Notes: generated by a model not told the origin, from the letters alone. A stretch of 28,347 bases of DNA from Candidatus Wukongarchaeum yapensis (GCA_016840425.1 JAEOSI010000001.1:1-28347); one strand, 5' to 3'; counted from the stretch's first letter, positions 1-9,282 are shown. Numbers and translations: made by a program.

Positions 1-76
1 CTATTTAGAGAAAAAGTCTGAAGAATCTACTTCAAACTCGGATTGATTTTTTTCAGAAGCTAATATATTGTTATTA

Positions 77-1264
77 TTAGATAATGCTTAATTTTCTTCC
101 GACTTTTTCTATGGCGCTTAACGCTATATTCAGATCGTCTCTAGTTAATAATGCATTCATTTGTACTCTAATTCTTGAAAGTTCTCTTGCGACCATTGGA
201 TAGACGATGGGAGTTGTGAAAATATTTTCTTCTTCAAATAGTATTCTTGCTAGTTCTTGGGCTTTTCCAGGATCTCCTACGATTAACGGGATTATGGGCG
301 TTTGCGAATTTCCGGTGTTATAACCCATGCTTTGAACTTCTTTCTTGAAATAGTTAGTATGGTCCCAAAGTCTTTGTACGTGTTCGGGTTCGCTTTCAAC
401 TACTTTAATAACGGCGATACATGCTGCAACGACGCTGGGAGGATGAGCAGTGCTTAATAGATAGGTTCTACTCTTGTTTAGACAAAACTCGATTAAATCT
501 TTTGAACCTGCTACAGTTCCCCCGAAAACGCCAAAACCCTTGCTCATTGAGCCGCCTTCTACATGAACTTTTCCTTGTAGATTATAATGTGCTACGATTC
601 CTCTACCCTCTCCTAAAACTCCTTCTCCATGGCAGTCATCTACAAAAACCATTGCTCCAAATTCTTCAGAGATTTTCACTATTTCGGGTAAGGGAGCCAT
701 GTCTCCATCCATACTAAAAACTCCATCAGTGATAATTAAAATTCTTCGGGCTCCCTCTTTTTCAGCTTCTTTTAACTGGTTTTCTAAGTCTGAAACATTG
801 GTATGTTTATAAATAATTCTTTTAGCCCTGGATAATCTTACTCCATCAATGATGGATCCATGATTTAATTCGTCGGAAACAACGATGTCTTGTTTTCCGA
901 CTAATTGAGGTATAAGTCCTGTGTTAACAGCAAAACCTGTTTGGCATAATAGAGATGCTTCTACTTCTTTAAATTTAGCAAACTTTTCTTGGAATTCTTT
1001 TGTCAAATCAAAAGAACCTGCAATAACTGGTACGGCTCCAGCGCCTGCTCCGTATTTTTTTATAGCATCAATTGTAGCTTGAACAACTTTTGGATGTGTG
1101 GCAAGACCAAGATAATTATTCGTGTTAAGCATTAGAACTTCTTTTTGATCTACGATTGAGTGTGGTTTAGAGCTATCTTCGAGATACCTTATGGTCCAAT
1201 CAAGATTATTCTTTTTTAATTCGTTAATTTCCTCCCTAAGAAAAGCAACAGGATCTCTTTTCAT
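77..1264 (-). CDS. kbl: Glycine C-acetyltransferase (2-amino-3-ketobutyrate CoA ligase), class II PLP aminotransferase
   Basis: Motifs NNYLGLA, SDELNHGSIIDG, DGVFSMDGD, VDDCHG and PLP-lysine SMSKG. Divergent from a threonine dehydrogenase. ATG at 1264 preferred because GGTGA lies 5 nt upstream; the ORF track starts at GTG 1273. BioF-like activity cannot be fully excluded. Confidence 0.85.
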   Translation of the reverse strand: MKRDPVAFLREEINELKKNNLDWTIRYLEDSSKPHSIVDQKEVLMLNTNNYLGLATHPKVVQATIDAIKKYGAGAGAVPVIAGSFDLTKEFQEKFAKFKEVEASLLCQTGFAVNTGLIPQLVGKQDIVVSDELNHGSIIDGVRLSRAKRIIYKHTNVSDLENQLKEAEKEGARRILIITDGVFSMDGDMAPLPEIVKISEEFGAMVFVDDCHGEGVLGEGRGIVAHYNLQGKVHVEGGSMSKGFGVFGGTVAGSKDLIEFCLNKSRTYLLSTAHPPSVVAACIAVIKVVESEPEHVQRLWDHTNYFKKEVQSMGYNTGNSQTPIIPLIVGDPGKAQELARILFEEENIFTTPIVYPMVARELSRIRVQMNALLTRDDLNIALSAIEKVGRKLSII

Positions 1265-1447
1265 GTAAATCACCTAAAAAGCGTTTTTAAAATTTAAGAG
1301 AAGATTTTTAATTTTAAAGTGATTTTGGAAAGTTTATAGTTTTCCCTTTGTTGATAAAAGGGGTTGAAAATGGGAAAATAGATAACTTTTTTTATTGATT
1401 ATATTATGAATAATACTATTGTTTATTAAGTAAAATGATTGATAAAA

Positions 1448-2392
1448 ATGAGGAGAATTCTTGTAACGGGTTCTAGTGGTCAAATTGGGAGTGAATTAGT
1501 ACTTGCACTCAGAGAAAAATATGACAATGATAATGTGATTGCATCTGATATACGACCACCACAATTTAAGATTCAAAAAAGATCTGGTCCTTTTATAGTT
1601 ATGGACGTGTTGGATAAAGATTCTATTCCTAAAATTTTTGACGAATACGAAATAGATACTATTTTTCATTTGGCTGCAATACTTTCAGCTAAGGGAGAAA
1701 ATATACCTCAAACTGCGTGGGAAGTAAACATTCATGGTTTATTTAATATTCTAGAATTTGGACGAAAACATGATATTGAAAGAATAATTTGGCCAAGTTC
1801 GATTGCTGCGTTTGGACCAACTTCGCCAAGAGAAAATACTCCCAATGATACGATTTTGCAGCCAAATACAATCTATGGCATATCAAAGGTAAGTGGTGAG
1901 CTACTTGTTTCTTATTATTTTAAGAAGTATGGTCTTGATGCGAGGTCGATGAGACTTCCTGGAATAATTAGTAGTGAAGTTCTCCCTGGAGGGGGTACAA
2001 CAGATTATGCTGTAGAAATGTTTTATGAGGCAATCAAGAAAAAATTCTATACATGTTTTCTTAAGGGAGATACAGTCCTACCAATGATGTACATGCCAGA
2101 TTGCATTAGATGTATGATTGATCTTTTAGAAGCAGAGCCTTCGAAACTTAAACGACATGTATATAATGTCACTGCAATGAGTTTTTCACCTGGAGAATTA
2201 GCTGTTGAAATTAAGAAGCATATTCCTGATTTTAAAATAGAATATAAGCCAGATTTTAGGCAAGAAATTGCTGATTCATGGCCAAAAACGATTGATGATT
2301 CTCTTGCGCGTGAGGAATGGGGGTGGAATCCTAGTTATGATATTGTATCCATGACAAAAGATATGGTTTTTAAACTAAGAAAAAAATTATAG
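1448..2392 (+). CDS. tdh: L-threonine 3-dehydrogenase, extended SDR/epimerase type
   Basis: Rossmann motif GSSGQIG, YGISK (YxxxK), PGGGTTDYA and LPMMYMPD, plus RQEIADSWP, typical of SDR-type TDH. Paired with kbl. Confidence 0.85.
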   Translation: MRRILVTGSSGQIGSELVLALREKYDNDNVIASDIRPPQFKIQKRSGPFIVMDVLDKDSIPKIFDEYEIDTIFHLAAILSAKGENIPQTAWEVNIHGLFNILEFGRKHDIERIIWPSSIAAFGPTSPRENTPNDTILQPNTIYGISKVSGELLVSYYFKKYGLDARSMRLPGIISSEVLPGGGTTDYAVEMFYEAIKKKFYTCFLKGDTVLPMMYMPDCIRCMIDLLEAEPSKLKRHVYNVTAMSFSPGELAVEIKKHIPDFKIEYKPDFRQEIADSWPKTIDDSLAREEWGWNPSYDIVSMTKDMVFKLRKKL

Positions 2393-2434
2393 AAATAATA
2401 AAATAGGATTAGTTTGGAGGAGTTGTTTAGAAAG

Positions 2435-2442
2435 TTTTAAAT
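2435..2442 (+). promoter_or_regulatory. TATA box (TTTTAAAT) with purine-rich BRE-like GAAAG upstream, hsp20 promoter
   Basis: Sequence gaaagTTTTAAAT about 67 nt upstream of the hsp20 ATG. The predicted TSS falls near 2465. Confidence 0.5.
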
Positions 2443-2453
2443 ACTCATATGTG

Positions 2454-2477
2454 CTTGTTCACTTTTAGGTGAACAAG
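2454..2477. promoter_or_regulatory. Perfect inverted repeat CTTGTTCAC-N6-GTGAACAAG, candidate repressor operator
   Basis: 9-bp arms read directly at 2454-2462 and 2469-2477, spanning the expected TSS of hsp20. Confidence 0.6.
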
Positions 2478-2508
2478 TAAAGATTTGTTTTTTAGGAGGG
2501 TATCCTTG

Positions 2509-3075
2509 ATGTCTGATAAAGATGAAAAAAGACGTTGGAAAAGAAAGAGACGTTGGGATCCTTTTGATTTTTTTGGAGAAAGTGACGAAATTTTTGAGAG
2601 TATAATGGAGCAGATGGAAGATTTTATAAGGAAATTCACAAGGTTGCCTTCGCTTTTTGGCGAAGAAGATATGGAGAAATGGGGTAAACCTTTTGTTTTC
2701 GGTTTCAGTCTAGATATTGGACCTGATGGCAAGCCTAGGTTCAGGGAGTTTGGGAATATTAAGTCTAGGGGTCGCAATGTCGTGCCTTCCCAAGAACGAG
2801 AGCCTTTGGTAGATGTCTTTGAAGAAGCTGAACATGTGAGGGTTATTGCTGAAATTCCTGGAGTACAAAAAGAAGCCGTAGATCTGAAAGGATCAGAATT
2901 CAGTTTAACTATCCATGCAACCAATACAGATAGGAGTTATTACAAAGAAGTGTCTTTGCCTGTAGCGGTTGATCCTGCTACGGCTAAAGCAACGTACAAT
3001 AACGGTGTCCTGGAAGTGATGATAAAGCGAAAAGAGCCGAAAAAGGAAGAAGGTCATGATATCAAGGTAGAATAA
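2509..3075 (+). CDS. hsp20: Archaeal small heat-shock protein (Hsp20 / alpha-crystallin domain)
   Basis: PLVDVFE, IAEIPGV, ATYNNGVLEV and a C-terminal IKVE (IxI/V-like) motif. GGAGG lies 9 nt before ATG 2509. Confidence 0.92.
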   Translation: MSDKDEKRRWKRKRRWDPFDFFGESDEIFESIMEQMEDFIRKFTRLPSLFGEEDMEKWGKPFVFGFSLDIGPDGKPRFREFGNIKSRGRNVVPSQEREPLVDVFEEAEHVRVIAEIPGVQKEAVDLKGSEFSLTIHATNTDRSYYKEVSLPVAVDPATAKATYNNGVLEVMIKRKEPKKEEGHDIKVE

Positions 3076-3209
3076 AAAATCGGTTCCCATTATTGATATA
3101 TATAGAGTAGGATAGTAGGTGTTTTTTCTAACTAAATTAGGTTTATCAGTCATTTGTTTTTGTGGGATTGACCAATTTTCGTCACCCTTTTTTTGAGGAG
3201 GTATGATTC

Positions 3210-5447
3210 ATGAGTGATAAAAGTAACAAAAGTGATACTAAAACTGTTTTGAGAGTAGCAGAAGCTAAGCATAGGGACGTTGGTAGGAGTATGGCTAGAC
3301 TTGATCCAAAAGTTATGGAAAAATTAGACCTTTCTACGGGTGATGTGATCGAGATTAGAGGTAAAACAAGCACTGCTGCAATAGCATGGCCTAGCTACCC
3401 TGAAGATGCTGGTTTAGGTCTTGTTCGTATTGATGGTATTTTAAGATCTAACGCTCAGGTGGGGCTAGGAGACTCTATCGAAATCCGGAAAATAACCGCT
3501 AAGCCTGCTACCCAAGTAAACATCGCTCCTACAGAGCCTTTAAGATTAATTGGGGGTGAAAGGTATCTTCTCAGACTATTGGAAGGCAGGCCCATCATGA
3601 AGGGGGATAACATCCGTATAGACGTTGTTGGGAGAAGCCTTGAACTCGTAATCTCCAGTATTAATCCCCCAGCAGATGCTGTAATAGTGGTTCCTACTAC
3701 TAGAATAGTTTTAAGTGAGAAACCGGTAGTTTCTGAAATCCCTCACGTATCCTATGAAGATATCGGCGGACTCAAAAAGGAGATTCAACGCATAAGGGAA
3801 ATGGTTGAACTTCCCTTGAGGCACCCTGAAGTTTTCCAGAGGCTAGGAGTAGAGCCGCCTAAGGGAGTTTTGCTTTATGGTCCTCCTGGCACGGGTAAAA
3901 CACTGCTTGCAAAGGCCGTTGCCAGTGAAACCAACGCACACTTTATACCAATAAGCGGCCCTGAGATAATGAGCAAGTTTTACGGAGAATCTGAAGCAAA
4001 CATCAGAGGGATCTTTAAAGAAGCTGAAGAACGTGCGCCAAGTATCATATTCATCGATGAAATAGATGCTATAGCGCCGAAAAGAGAAGAGGTTACAGGT
4101 GAGGTTGAAAGAAGGGTTGTATCCCAGCTTCTTGCCTTGATGGATGGCTTAGAATCAAGGGGCCAAGTGGTCGTTATAGGTGCAACAAACAGGCCTAACG
4201 CTGTCGATCCTGCCTTAAGACGGCCTGGTCGCTTCGACAGAGAGATAGAGATAGGTATACCTGATAGAAACGGTCGATTTGAAATACTCCAGATTCACAC
4301 AAGAGGTATGCCTCTTGCAGATGATGTCGACCTTGAAAAATTGGGAGCTGTAACTCATGGATATGTGGGTGCAGATATAGCGGCTTTATCCAAAGAGGCT
4401 GCTATGCATGCCTTACGACGAGTACTTCCAGAAATTAATATGGAAGAAGAAACCTTGAGTCCAGAAATTTTAGATAAGCTCGTAGTAACTGATGAAGATT
4501 TCAACTCAGCCTATAAAGAGATAACGCCAACAGCTATGAGAGAAGTATTTGTTGAAGTTCCAATGGTCAAGTGGGCCGATATAGGCGGGCTAGAAGAGGT
4601 AAAACAAGAACTTAAAGAAGCAGTAGAATGGCCTCTAAAATATCCAGAAGTTTTCAGACAAGTAAACGCTAAACCTCCTAAAGGAATACTTTTATTCGGG
4701 CCTCCTGGTACCGGTAAAACACTATTAGCTAAAGCAGTAGCCAGTGAAAGTGAATCAAACTTTATCTCAATCAAGGGTCCTGAACTGTTAAGTAAATGGG
4801 TTGGCGAATCGGAAAGAGCAGTAAGAGAAATATTTAGGAAGGCAAAAAGCGCGTCTCCAAGTGTTATATTTATGGATGAACTTGATTCTATTACACCTCA
4901 CAGAGGCAGTGGAATCGGTGATTCAAGGGTTACTGAACGGGTAATCAGTCAAATTTTAACAGAGCTAGACGGTCTTATAGAACTCAATGACGTAATTGTT
5001 ATCGGGGCAAGTAATAGACCTGATATAATCGATCGTGCCCTTTTGCGTCCTGGAAGATTTGATAAGCTTATTTATGTTCCTTTACCTGATCACGCTGCTA
5101 GGGTACAAATCTTTAAGATCCATACAAGGGACTATCCTCTAGCTGATGATGTGGATCTCGAGGTTTTTGTTGATCAAACTGAAGATTATTCAGGGGCAGA
5201 AATTGAGGCCATTTGTAATGAAGCCTCAATGCTAGCGATACGGGAGTTTATCGATCAGTATGGCGGTGAAGGAAAAGAACAAGAACACTTAGAAAAGATA
5301 AAAATAAGCCGTGAACATTTCGAAAAAGCTATGAAGAAAGTTCCTAAAACAATTAAAAAAGGCGTTGAGTCTTATGAACGTTTTATTGATGAATTTAGAC
5401 AACAGCCTATCACTATGGGAAGAAGCGTACCAGATATTTACGGTTGA
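3210..5447 (+). CDS. cdc48: CDC48/VCP (p97) double AAA+ ATPase with C-terminal HbYX motif (IYG)
   Basis: N-domain, two GPPGTGKT Walker A motifs, DEID/DELD Walker [10 protein letters not shown] and RPGRFD arginine fingers, strong SD GAGGAGGT. Confidence 0.97.
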   Translation: MSDKSNKSDTKTVLRVAEAKHRDVGRSMARLDPKVMEKLDLSTGDVIEIRGKTSTAAIAWPSYPEDAGLGLVRIDGILRSNAQVGLGDSIEIRKITAKPATQVNIAPTEPLRLIGGERYLLRLLEGRPIMKGDNIRIDVVGRSLELVISSINPPADAVIVVPTTRIVLSEKPVVSEIPHVSYEDIGGLKKEIQRIREMVELPLRHPEVFQRLGVEPPKGVLLYGPPGTGKTLLAKAVASETNAHFIPISGPEIMSKFYGESEANIRGIFKEAEERAPSIIFIDEIDAIAPKREEVTGEVERRVVSQLLALMDGLESRGQVVVIGATNRPNAVDPALRRPGRFDREIEIGIPDRNGRFEILQIHTRGMPLADDVDLEKLGAVTHGYVGADIAALSKEAAMHALRRVLPEINMEEETLSPEILDKLVVTDEDFNSAYKEITPTAMREVFVEVPMVKWADIGGLEEVKQELKEAVEWPLKYPEVFRQVNAKPPKGILLFGPPGTGKTLLAKAVASESESNFISIKGPELLSKWVGESERAVREIFRKAKSASPSVIFMDELDSITPHRGSGIGDSRVTERVISQILTELDGLIELNDVIVIGASNRPDIIDRALLRPGRFDKLIYVPLPDHAARVQIFKIHTRDYPLADDVDLEVFVDQTEDYSGAEIEAICNEASMLAIREFIDQYGGEGKEQEHLEKIKISREHFEKAMKKVPKTIKKGVESYERFIDEFRQQPITMGRSVPDIYG

Positions 5448-5508
5448 GCCCTACAAACGATTTATTGAGGAACTTAAAGATGGAGATATATTCTCAAAAA
5501 AAGAGTGA
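5443..5508 (+). other. Paralogous alternative CDC48 C-terminal tail in +1 frame ([21 protein letters not shown])
   Basis: 5443-5478 matches cdc48 5364-5399 at 28/36 nt and is codon-aligned ([12 protein letters not shown] vs [12 protein letters not shown]). Confidence 0.7.
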
Positions 5509-5514
5509 TTAGAG

Positions 5515-6288
5515 ATGTTATCCGAATACGAAACTAAAAAATTAAAACCTATTGAGATAATCGAAGAAGAGGCAATAGACCTTGAAGACAAAATAGTGAT
5601 CCAGGGATTTCCAGGAATGGGGCTTGTAGGCACAATAGCGGCTCACCACCTTGTCACTTCCTTAAACTTAAAACAGGTAGGCTACTTAGTAGGCATAGAG
5701 ATGCCTCCAATAGTTGTAGTGCACCAGAGCAAACCGATGTCTCCTGTCCGTATTTATTCCAACGAAGATTTCGCTTTAGTAGTTTCTGAAATAGCTATCC
5801 CAAACTATACCGTTTATCCCTTAGTAAAAACGTTGCTTGAATGGTACAAAGAAAAAAACGTCAAAGAAGTAGTGGTAATAGGGGGGTTGGGAAACCCCGA
5901 TCGTTTAACCCTCGAAGAGTTAGAAGTTTTCGGCGTTTCTACGAATGAAGATACCCGCAAATTTTTAGAAAGTCATGATGTAAAAATCCTTGATGAAGGG
6001 GTTTTAGTAGGTCCATTAGCGGTAACTTTGAGGGAAAGTGTCGTATCAAATATCCCAGCTTACGGCCTGCTATCCCAGTGTTTTTCCAAATTTCCTGATC
6101 CTGATGCAGCTGCCCGAGTTTTGCAAGTTTTAGAAAGTCTTGTTGGAATAAAAGTAGATCTAAACACTCTTTTTGAAAAGGCTGAAGAGTTAAAGATAAG
6201 GATGCGAGATCTAGCAAAACGTACAGATCAAGAGGCAAAAATGGCGGAACAAGAAGCAGCTACAGCGCCAAAAAGCTACTACAGTTAG
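5515..6288 (+). CDS. PAC2-family proteasome assembly chaperone (PbaA/PbaB-like) with HbYX tail (YYS)
   Basis: GFPGMGLVGTIAAHHL, PxRIY, PDPDAAARVL, and a C-terminal coiled segment ending KSYYS. Confidence 0.9.
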   Translation: MLSEYETKKLKPIEIIEEEAIDLEDKIVIQGFPGMGLVGTIAAHHLVTSLNLKQVGYLVGIEMPPIVVVHQSKPMSPVRIYSNEDFALVVSEIAIPNYTVYPLVKTLLEWYKEKNVKEVVVIGGLGNPDRLTLEELEVFGVSTNEDTRKFLESHDVKILDEGVLVGPLAVTLRESVVSNIPAYGLLSQCFSKFPDPDAAARVLQVLESLVGIKVDLNTLFEKAEELKIRMRDLAKRTDQEAKMAEQEAATAPKSYYS

Positions 6289-6365
6289 AAAGCAAAGGGT
6301 AGTTCAAGATTTAAAATAGGTGGATTTTGTTGGCTAGAAATAAGGAAGGACAAGAAACAAAAAAA

Positions 6366-6878
6366 ATGGCTTCAAGCGATGAAAATATTGAAACCCTTTT
6401 TAGAGCGTTGAGTAATGAGGCTAGAAGACGTATAATTGGACTTCTAGCTAACGGTCCAATGTATCTACGCCAGATCCACAGAACTTTAGAAGAAGAAATA
6501 GGAATGCATATACAAGCAGTTGCTAAGCATCTCTCTCTTTTAGAAGAAAGCGGTATACTTTCAACATATTCTGAACGGTCGCCTAGAGGTCCTCATCGTA
6601 AATATTTTTGTTTGAATGAAGGAAAATTGCTTACTATATTCTTATCTCCTCTCTGTTTATCAGTTCCTTCCCTTCTATCTTTTAATGAAAAAAGAGCAGA
6701 GAAGATCTTTGATCGCGTACGCTTTCTATCAGATGAAGAAGCTGATAAACAATTAGCCGGGATAAAAACTTTAAAGGAACAGTTTGAAAAATCCATCTCA
6801 ATTTTAGAAGAGTTTTTAGAAATCTATCAAAGAGTTCTTAAAAAGTTAGAATCTATTGAAGAGAGTGAAGAACCCTAA
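6366..6878 (+). CDS. ArsR-like winged-HTH regulator with C-terminal coiled coil, Phr/HSR1-like heat-shock repressor
   Basis: LSNEARRRIIGLL, AVAKHLSLLEESG and wing ERSPRGPHRKYF resemble, from memory, Pyrococcus Phr. Adjacent to hsp20 and cdc48. ATG 6366 chosen over TTG 6327. Confidence 0.75.
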   Translation: MASSDENIETLFRALSNEARRRIIGLLANGPMYLRQIHRTLEEEIGMHIQAVAKHLSLLEESGILSTYSERSPRGPHRKYFCLNEGKLLTIFLSPLCLSVPSLLSFNEKRAEKIFDRVRFLSDEEADKQLAGIKTLKEQFEKSISILEEFLEIYQRVLKKLESIEESEEP

Positions 6879-6941
6879 AACTTAACCGTTTATTAAAATT
6901 AAAACGATAAATCCATAGTTACCTTGAGTAGGGGATAATCT

Positions 6942-7199
6942 TTGTCAGACTTTGAACGAAATAATCTTTTAAGACTTGTAAGAATGGGTATTCTATCCCC
7001 TTCATTTAAAGAAGAGGAAGTGGAGTTTACAATAGTTTTTGCTATTTGGAAAGAGTTCAGAGGCGCCTGTATACACGCCGAAGTCGAATCCCTCAAACCG
7101 CCTACTCTTCGTTGTAATAGTGTTCAAGGTCTTTGCGAGTTAGCGACATGCCCTATAATTCGAAAAGCTTTAGACCTCTTTGAAAGAAAAAGAAGATAA
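6942..7199 (+). CDS. Small hypothetical protein with four C-terminal Cys (possible metal binding)
   Basis: 85 aa ORF with TTG start after an AGGGGA SD-like motif. C-IH-x12-C-x6-C-x4-CP. Followed by a T-rich tract. Confidence 0.5.
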   Translation: MSDFERNNLLRLVRMGILSPSFKEEEVEFTIVFAIWKEFRGACIHAEVESLKPPTLRCNSVQGLCELATCPIIRKALDLFERKRR

Positions 7200-7273
7200 A
7201 ATAAAATGTTTCTTTTCGAGTTTTTATAGAAATATTTTTCTCATAAATTCGTATTTTTTGATCGAGTTTTTTT

Positions 7274-7879
7274 TCATTTTTTTCTTCTTTCAGGATGCCA
7301 AAATTCTGCATAAGTTCTTGCGAATTCCTCCTCTTCATCTAAGTCTTTAACCATATTTTTCCATTCTTCGTTGACAATTAAGTCATAATTCTTTTGGAAG
7401 AATTGTGTATAAAAGTGGTGTCCGACTTCGTGTCTTACGGTATTTTGAAGCATTTTCTTTATTTTCTCTTTCTCAAGCGTTATTTCAACAGTTAAAGAGG
7501 TGAAAGAATAAACTATTACCGTGGCAGTATCCTCATCATAGGCGCCTAAAACATCTCTTCCCAGAAAATATCCTTCATCTTCATGGGAAAAAATGTTTTT
7601 ACTTACGATCTTTAAAAGCTGTAGATTTTCTGTTTTAAGATGGGTTAAAGGTACGTATACTAGTGCTTTTTGAACATCTTCTGCTGAGAGTTGAACTCTT
7701 CTTTTTTTCGATTCTTTCTCTACAAAAACGTTAATACCTTCACAAATCTCATACTTTTCTGCGGCGGGGAATAGTCTTTCCTCTTCTTCTGTTTTCACAA
7801 GTTTTTTAGGTTTTGGCAAATTTTTGCCATACTTAAGAATAAGGGAGTGGGGATACTCTGACTCTAACAGTTCTTCTAT
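7274..7879 (-). CDS. Zincin-like HExxH metallopeptidase-family protein
   Basis: RHEVGHHF, a downstream EEFARTYA third-ligand-like helix, and an LGAYD edge strand. The frame is open 20 codons above TTG 7819 to ATA 7879, which follows GGAGG by 8 nt. Confidence 0.65.
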   Translation of the reverse strand: MEELLESEYPHSLILKYGKNLPKPKKLVKTEEEERLFPAAEKYEICEGINVFVEKESKKRRVQLSAEDVQKALVYVPLTHLKTENLQLLKIVSKNIFSHEDEGYFLGRDVLGAYDEDTATVIVYSFTSLTVEITLEKEKIKKMLQNTVRHEVGHHFYTQFFQKNYDLIVNEEWKNMVKDLDEEEEFARTYAEFWHPERRKK

Positions 7880-7914
7880 GTTTTTCGCCTCCTTTTTCTT
7901 TTAAAACTCCTTAA

Positions 7915-9132
7915 TTAAGGTTTTAACCCTGTTTTTAGGCGATTTATGAAATATCTCCAGACTACCCCTCTTAAAGCCTTTTTATAGCTTCCACCGCCAA
8001 AGAAAATTATTCGCAAATTTTGCCTTAATTTAGCGTCCTTTTTAGCATAACTTGCTATCCTACTACCCCTCTTCTTTTTATAGACCTGTTCAACAACTTT
8101 CTCACAAACTTCAAACTCATCTCCAAGCTCCTCTTTCCACGCCTCTTGATATTTTACCATTGTCTCTGATGAAAAATCGTCTTTCGCAAAAGCATAATCT
8201 AAGGTTTCTACAGCTAACTGGGCTGTTTTTGCAGCATGATACAAGCCTTCGCCAGTTAAAGGATTAATAAAACCTGCTGCGTCTCCTGTGAGAAGCAGTC
8301 TATTTCTAAACGTTTTTTCAACCCTTCTAGAAACCGGTATTAAACCGATCACAGGAGGTTTGAAATCGATATTTTTGAGAACCCCTCTTTTTTTAAGATC
8401 TTGAACAAACAGATTAAAAAATATTTTAAGAGTTCTCGACTCTAAAAGATTACCTCCGACCCCTACGTTTAAAGCTCTCTCTTTTGGGAAAACCCACCCG
8501 TATCCAAAACTCCCTATATCTAAGTGTATCTCTGCAAGTTCCTCTTCTAAAAAATCGTTTGAAGCTCCTTCCATTAAAGGGGATTCAGAAACATAACAAG
8601 CTCCGATTTCATGTGACTTCCATTTATTAAAAAGCCCTGCTTTGCGGGCAACAGTGCTTGGAAAGCCATCAGCCCCAATAACCGCTTTTCCAAAATAGTC
8701 TTTTCCGTCAAAAGTCTTAACTTCGACAACTCCTTCACTTACGTTTATACTAGTCACGTGATTCTTCGTTAAAGTCTTGGCTCCTGCTTCTTCTGCCATC
8801 TTGAACAGCTCATAGTCAAACTCCGCCCGGTTTACCCCATAAAAAAGTGGTTCATTTGAACTTTCACCTGAAATCTCAAAAGCATCATTTCGAGCATAAG
8901 TTAAAACACGCTTCACAGGTTTTACAGAAAATTGCGGGTTGATCTTATGGAAACCATAAATTTTCCAAGCCCTTAAAGTAACCCCTCCGCCACAAGGTTT
9001 TTCTCGAGGAAAACTTTTCTTATCGATCAATCCTACCTCATACCCTTTTTCCGCTAAAAGTCTCGAAGCGAAAGACCCTGAAGGCCCAGCCCCTACTACG
9101 ACAACATCAAACTTCTCGCTCATGTTTTTCAT
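7915..9132 (-). CDS. Geranylgeranyl reductase family FAD-dependent oxidoreductase (DGGGPL reductase-like)
   Basis: GAGPSG FAD motif, PREKPCGGG, GADG, YGWVFPK, GDAAGFINPLTGEG. Start may be ATG 9123. Confidence 0.88.
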   Translation of the reverse strand: MKNMSEKFDVVVVGAGPSGSFASRLLAEKGYEVGLIDKKSFPREKPCGGGVTLRAWKIYGFHKINPQFSVKPVKRVLTYARNDAFEISGESSNEPLFYGVNRAEFDYELFKMAEEAGAKTLTKNHVTSINVSEGVVEVKTFDGKDYFGKAVIGADGFPSTVARKAGLFNKWKSHEIGACYVSESPLMEGASNDFLEEELAEIHLDIGSFGYGWVFPKERALNVGVGGNLLESRTLKIFFNLFVQDLKKRGVLKNIDFKPPVIGLIPVSRRVEKTFRNRLLLTGDAAGFINPLTGEGLYHAAKTAQLAVETLDYAFAKDDFSSETMVKYQEAWKEELGDEFEVCEKVVEQVYKKKRGSRIASYAKKDAKLRQNLRIIFFGGGSYKKALRGVVWRYFINRLKTGLKP

Positions 9133-9282
9133 GACCTCTAAATCTTTTCTTTTTATAATCTTTGAGTGTTATGGTTTTTATGGGTGTTATACGACCATAA
9201 AATATTAAAGTATCCTTTACAACCACTTTAAGGGTTTAAAATAGAATGAATACTTATAAAATACGGTATAAGGATGATTTAA

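Noticed and set aside
2-46. Possible 3' end of an upstream + strand gene (YLEKKSEESTSNSD*) followed by a T run
   Set aside because: Too short to distinguish from intergenic sequence.
421-717. 98-aa + strand ORF and the many other short ORFs antisense to or inside long genes (e.g. 2445-2924, 4511-4774, 12394-12642, 14898-15428, 21308-21637, 27217-27564)
   Set aside because: Shadow frames of well-supported genes, with no motifs or ribosome-binding sites.
1344-1362. CCCTTT-N7-AAAGGG in the kbl/tdh divergent promoter
   Set aside because: Short low-complexity arms with no supporting copy.
3128-3140. CTAAC...TTAG upstream of cdc48, reminiscent of the HSR1 site CTAAC-N5-GTTAG
   Set aside because: Spacing and right arm do not match, and it does not resemble the hsp20 inverted repeat.
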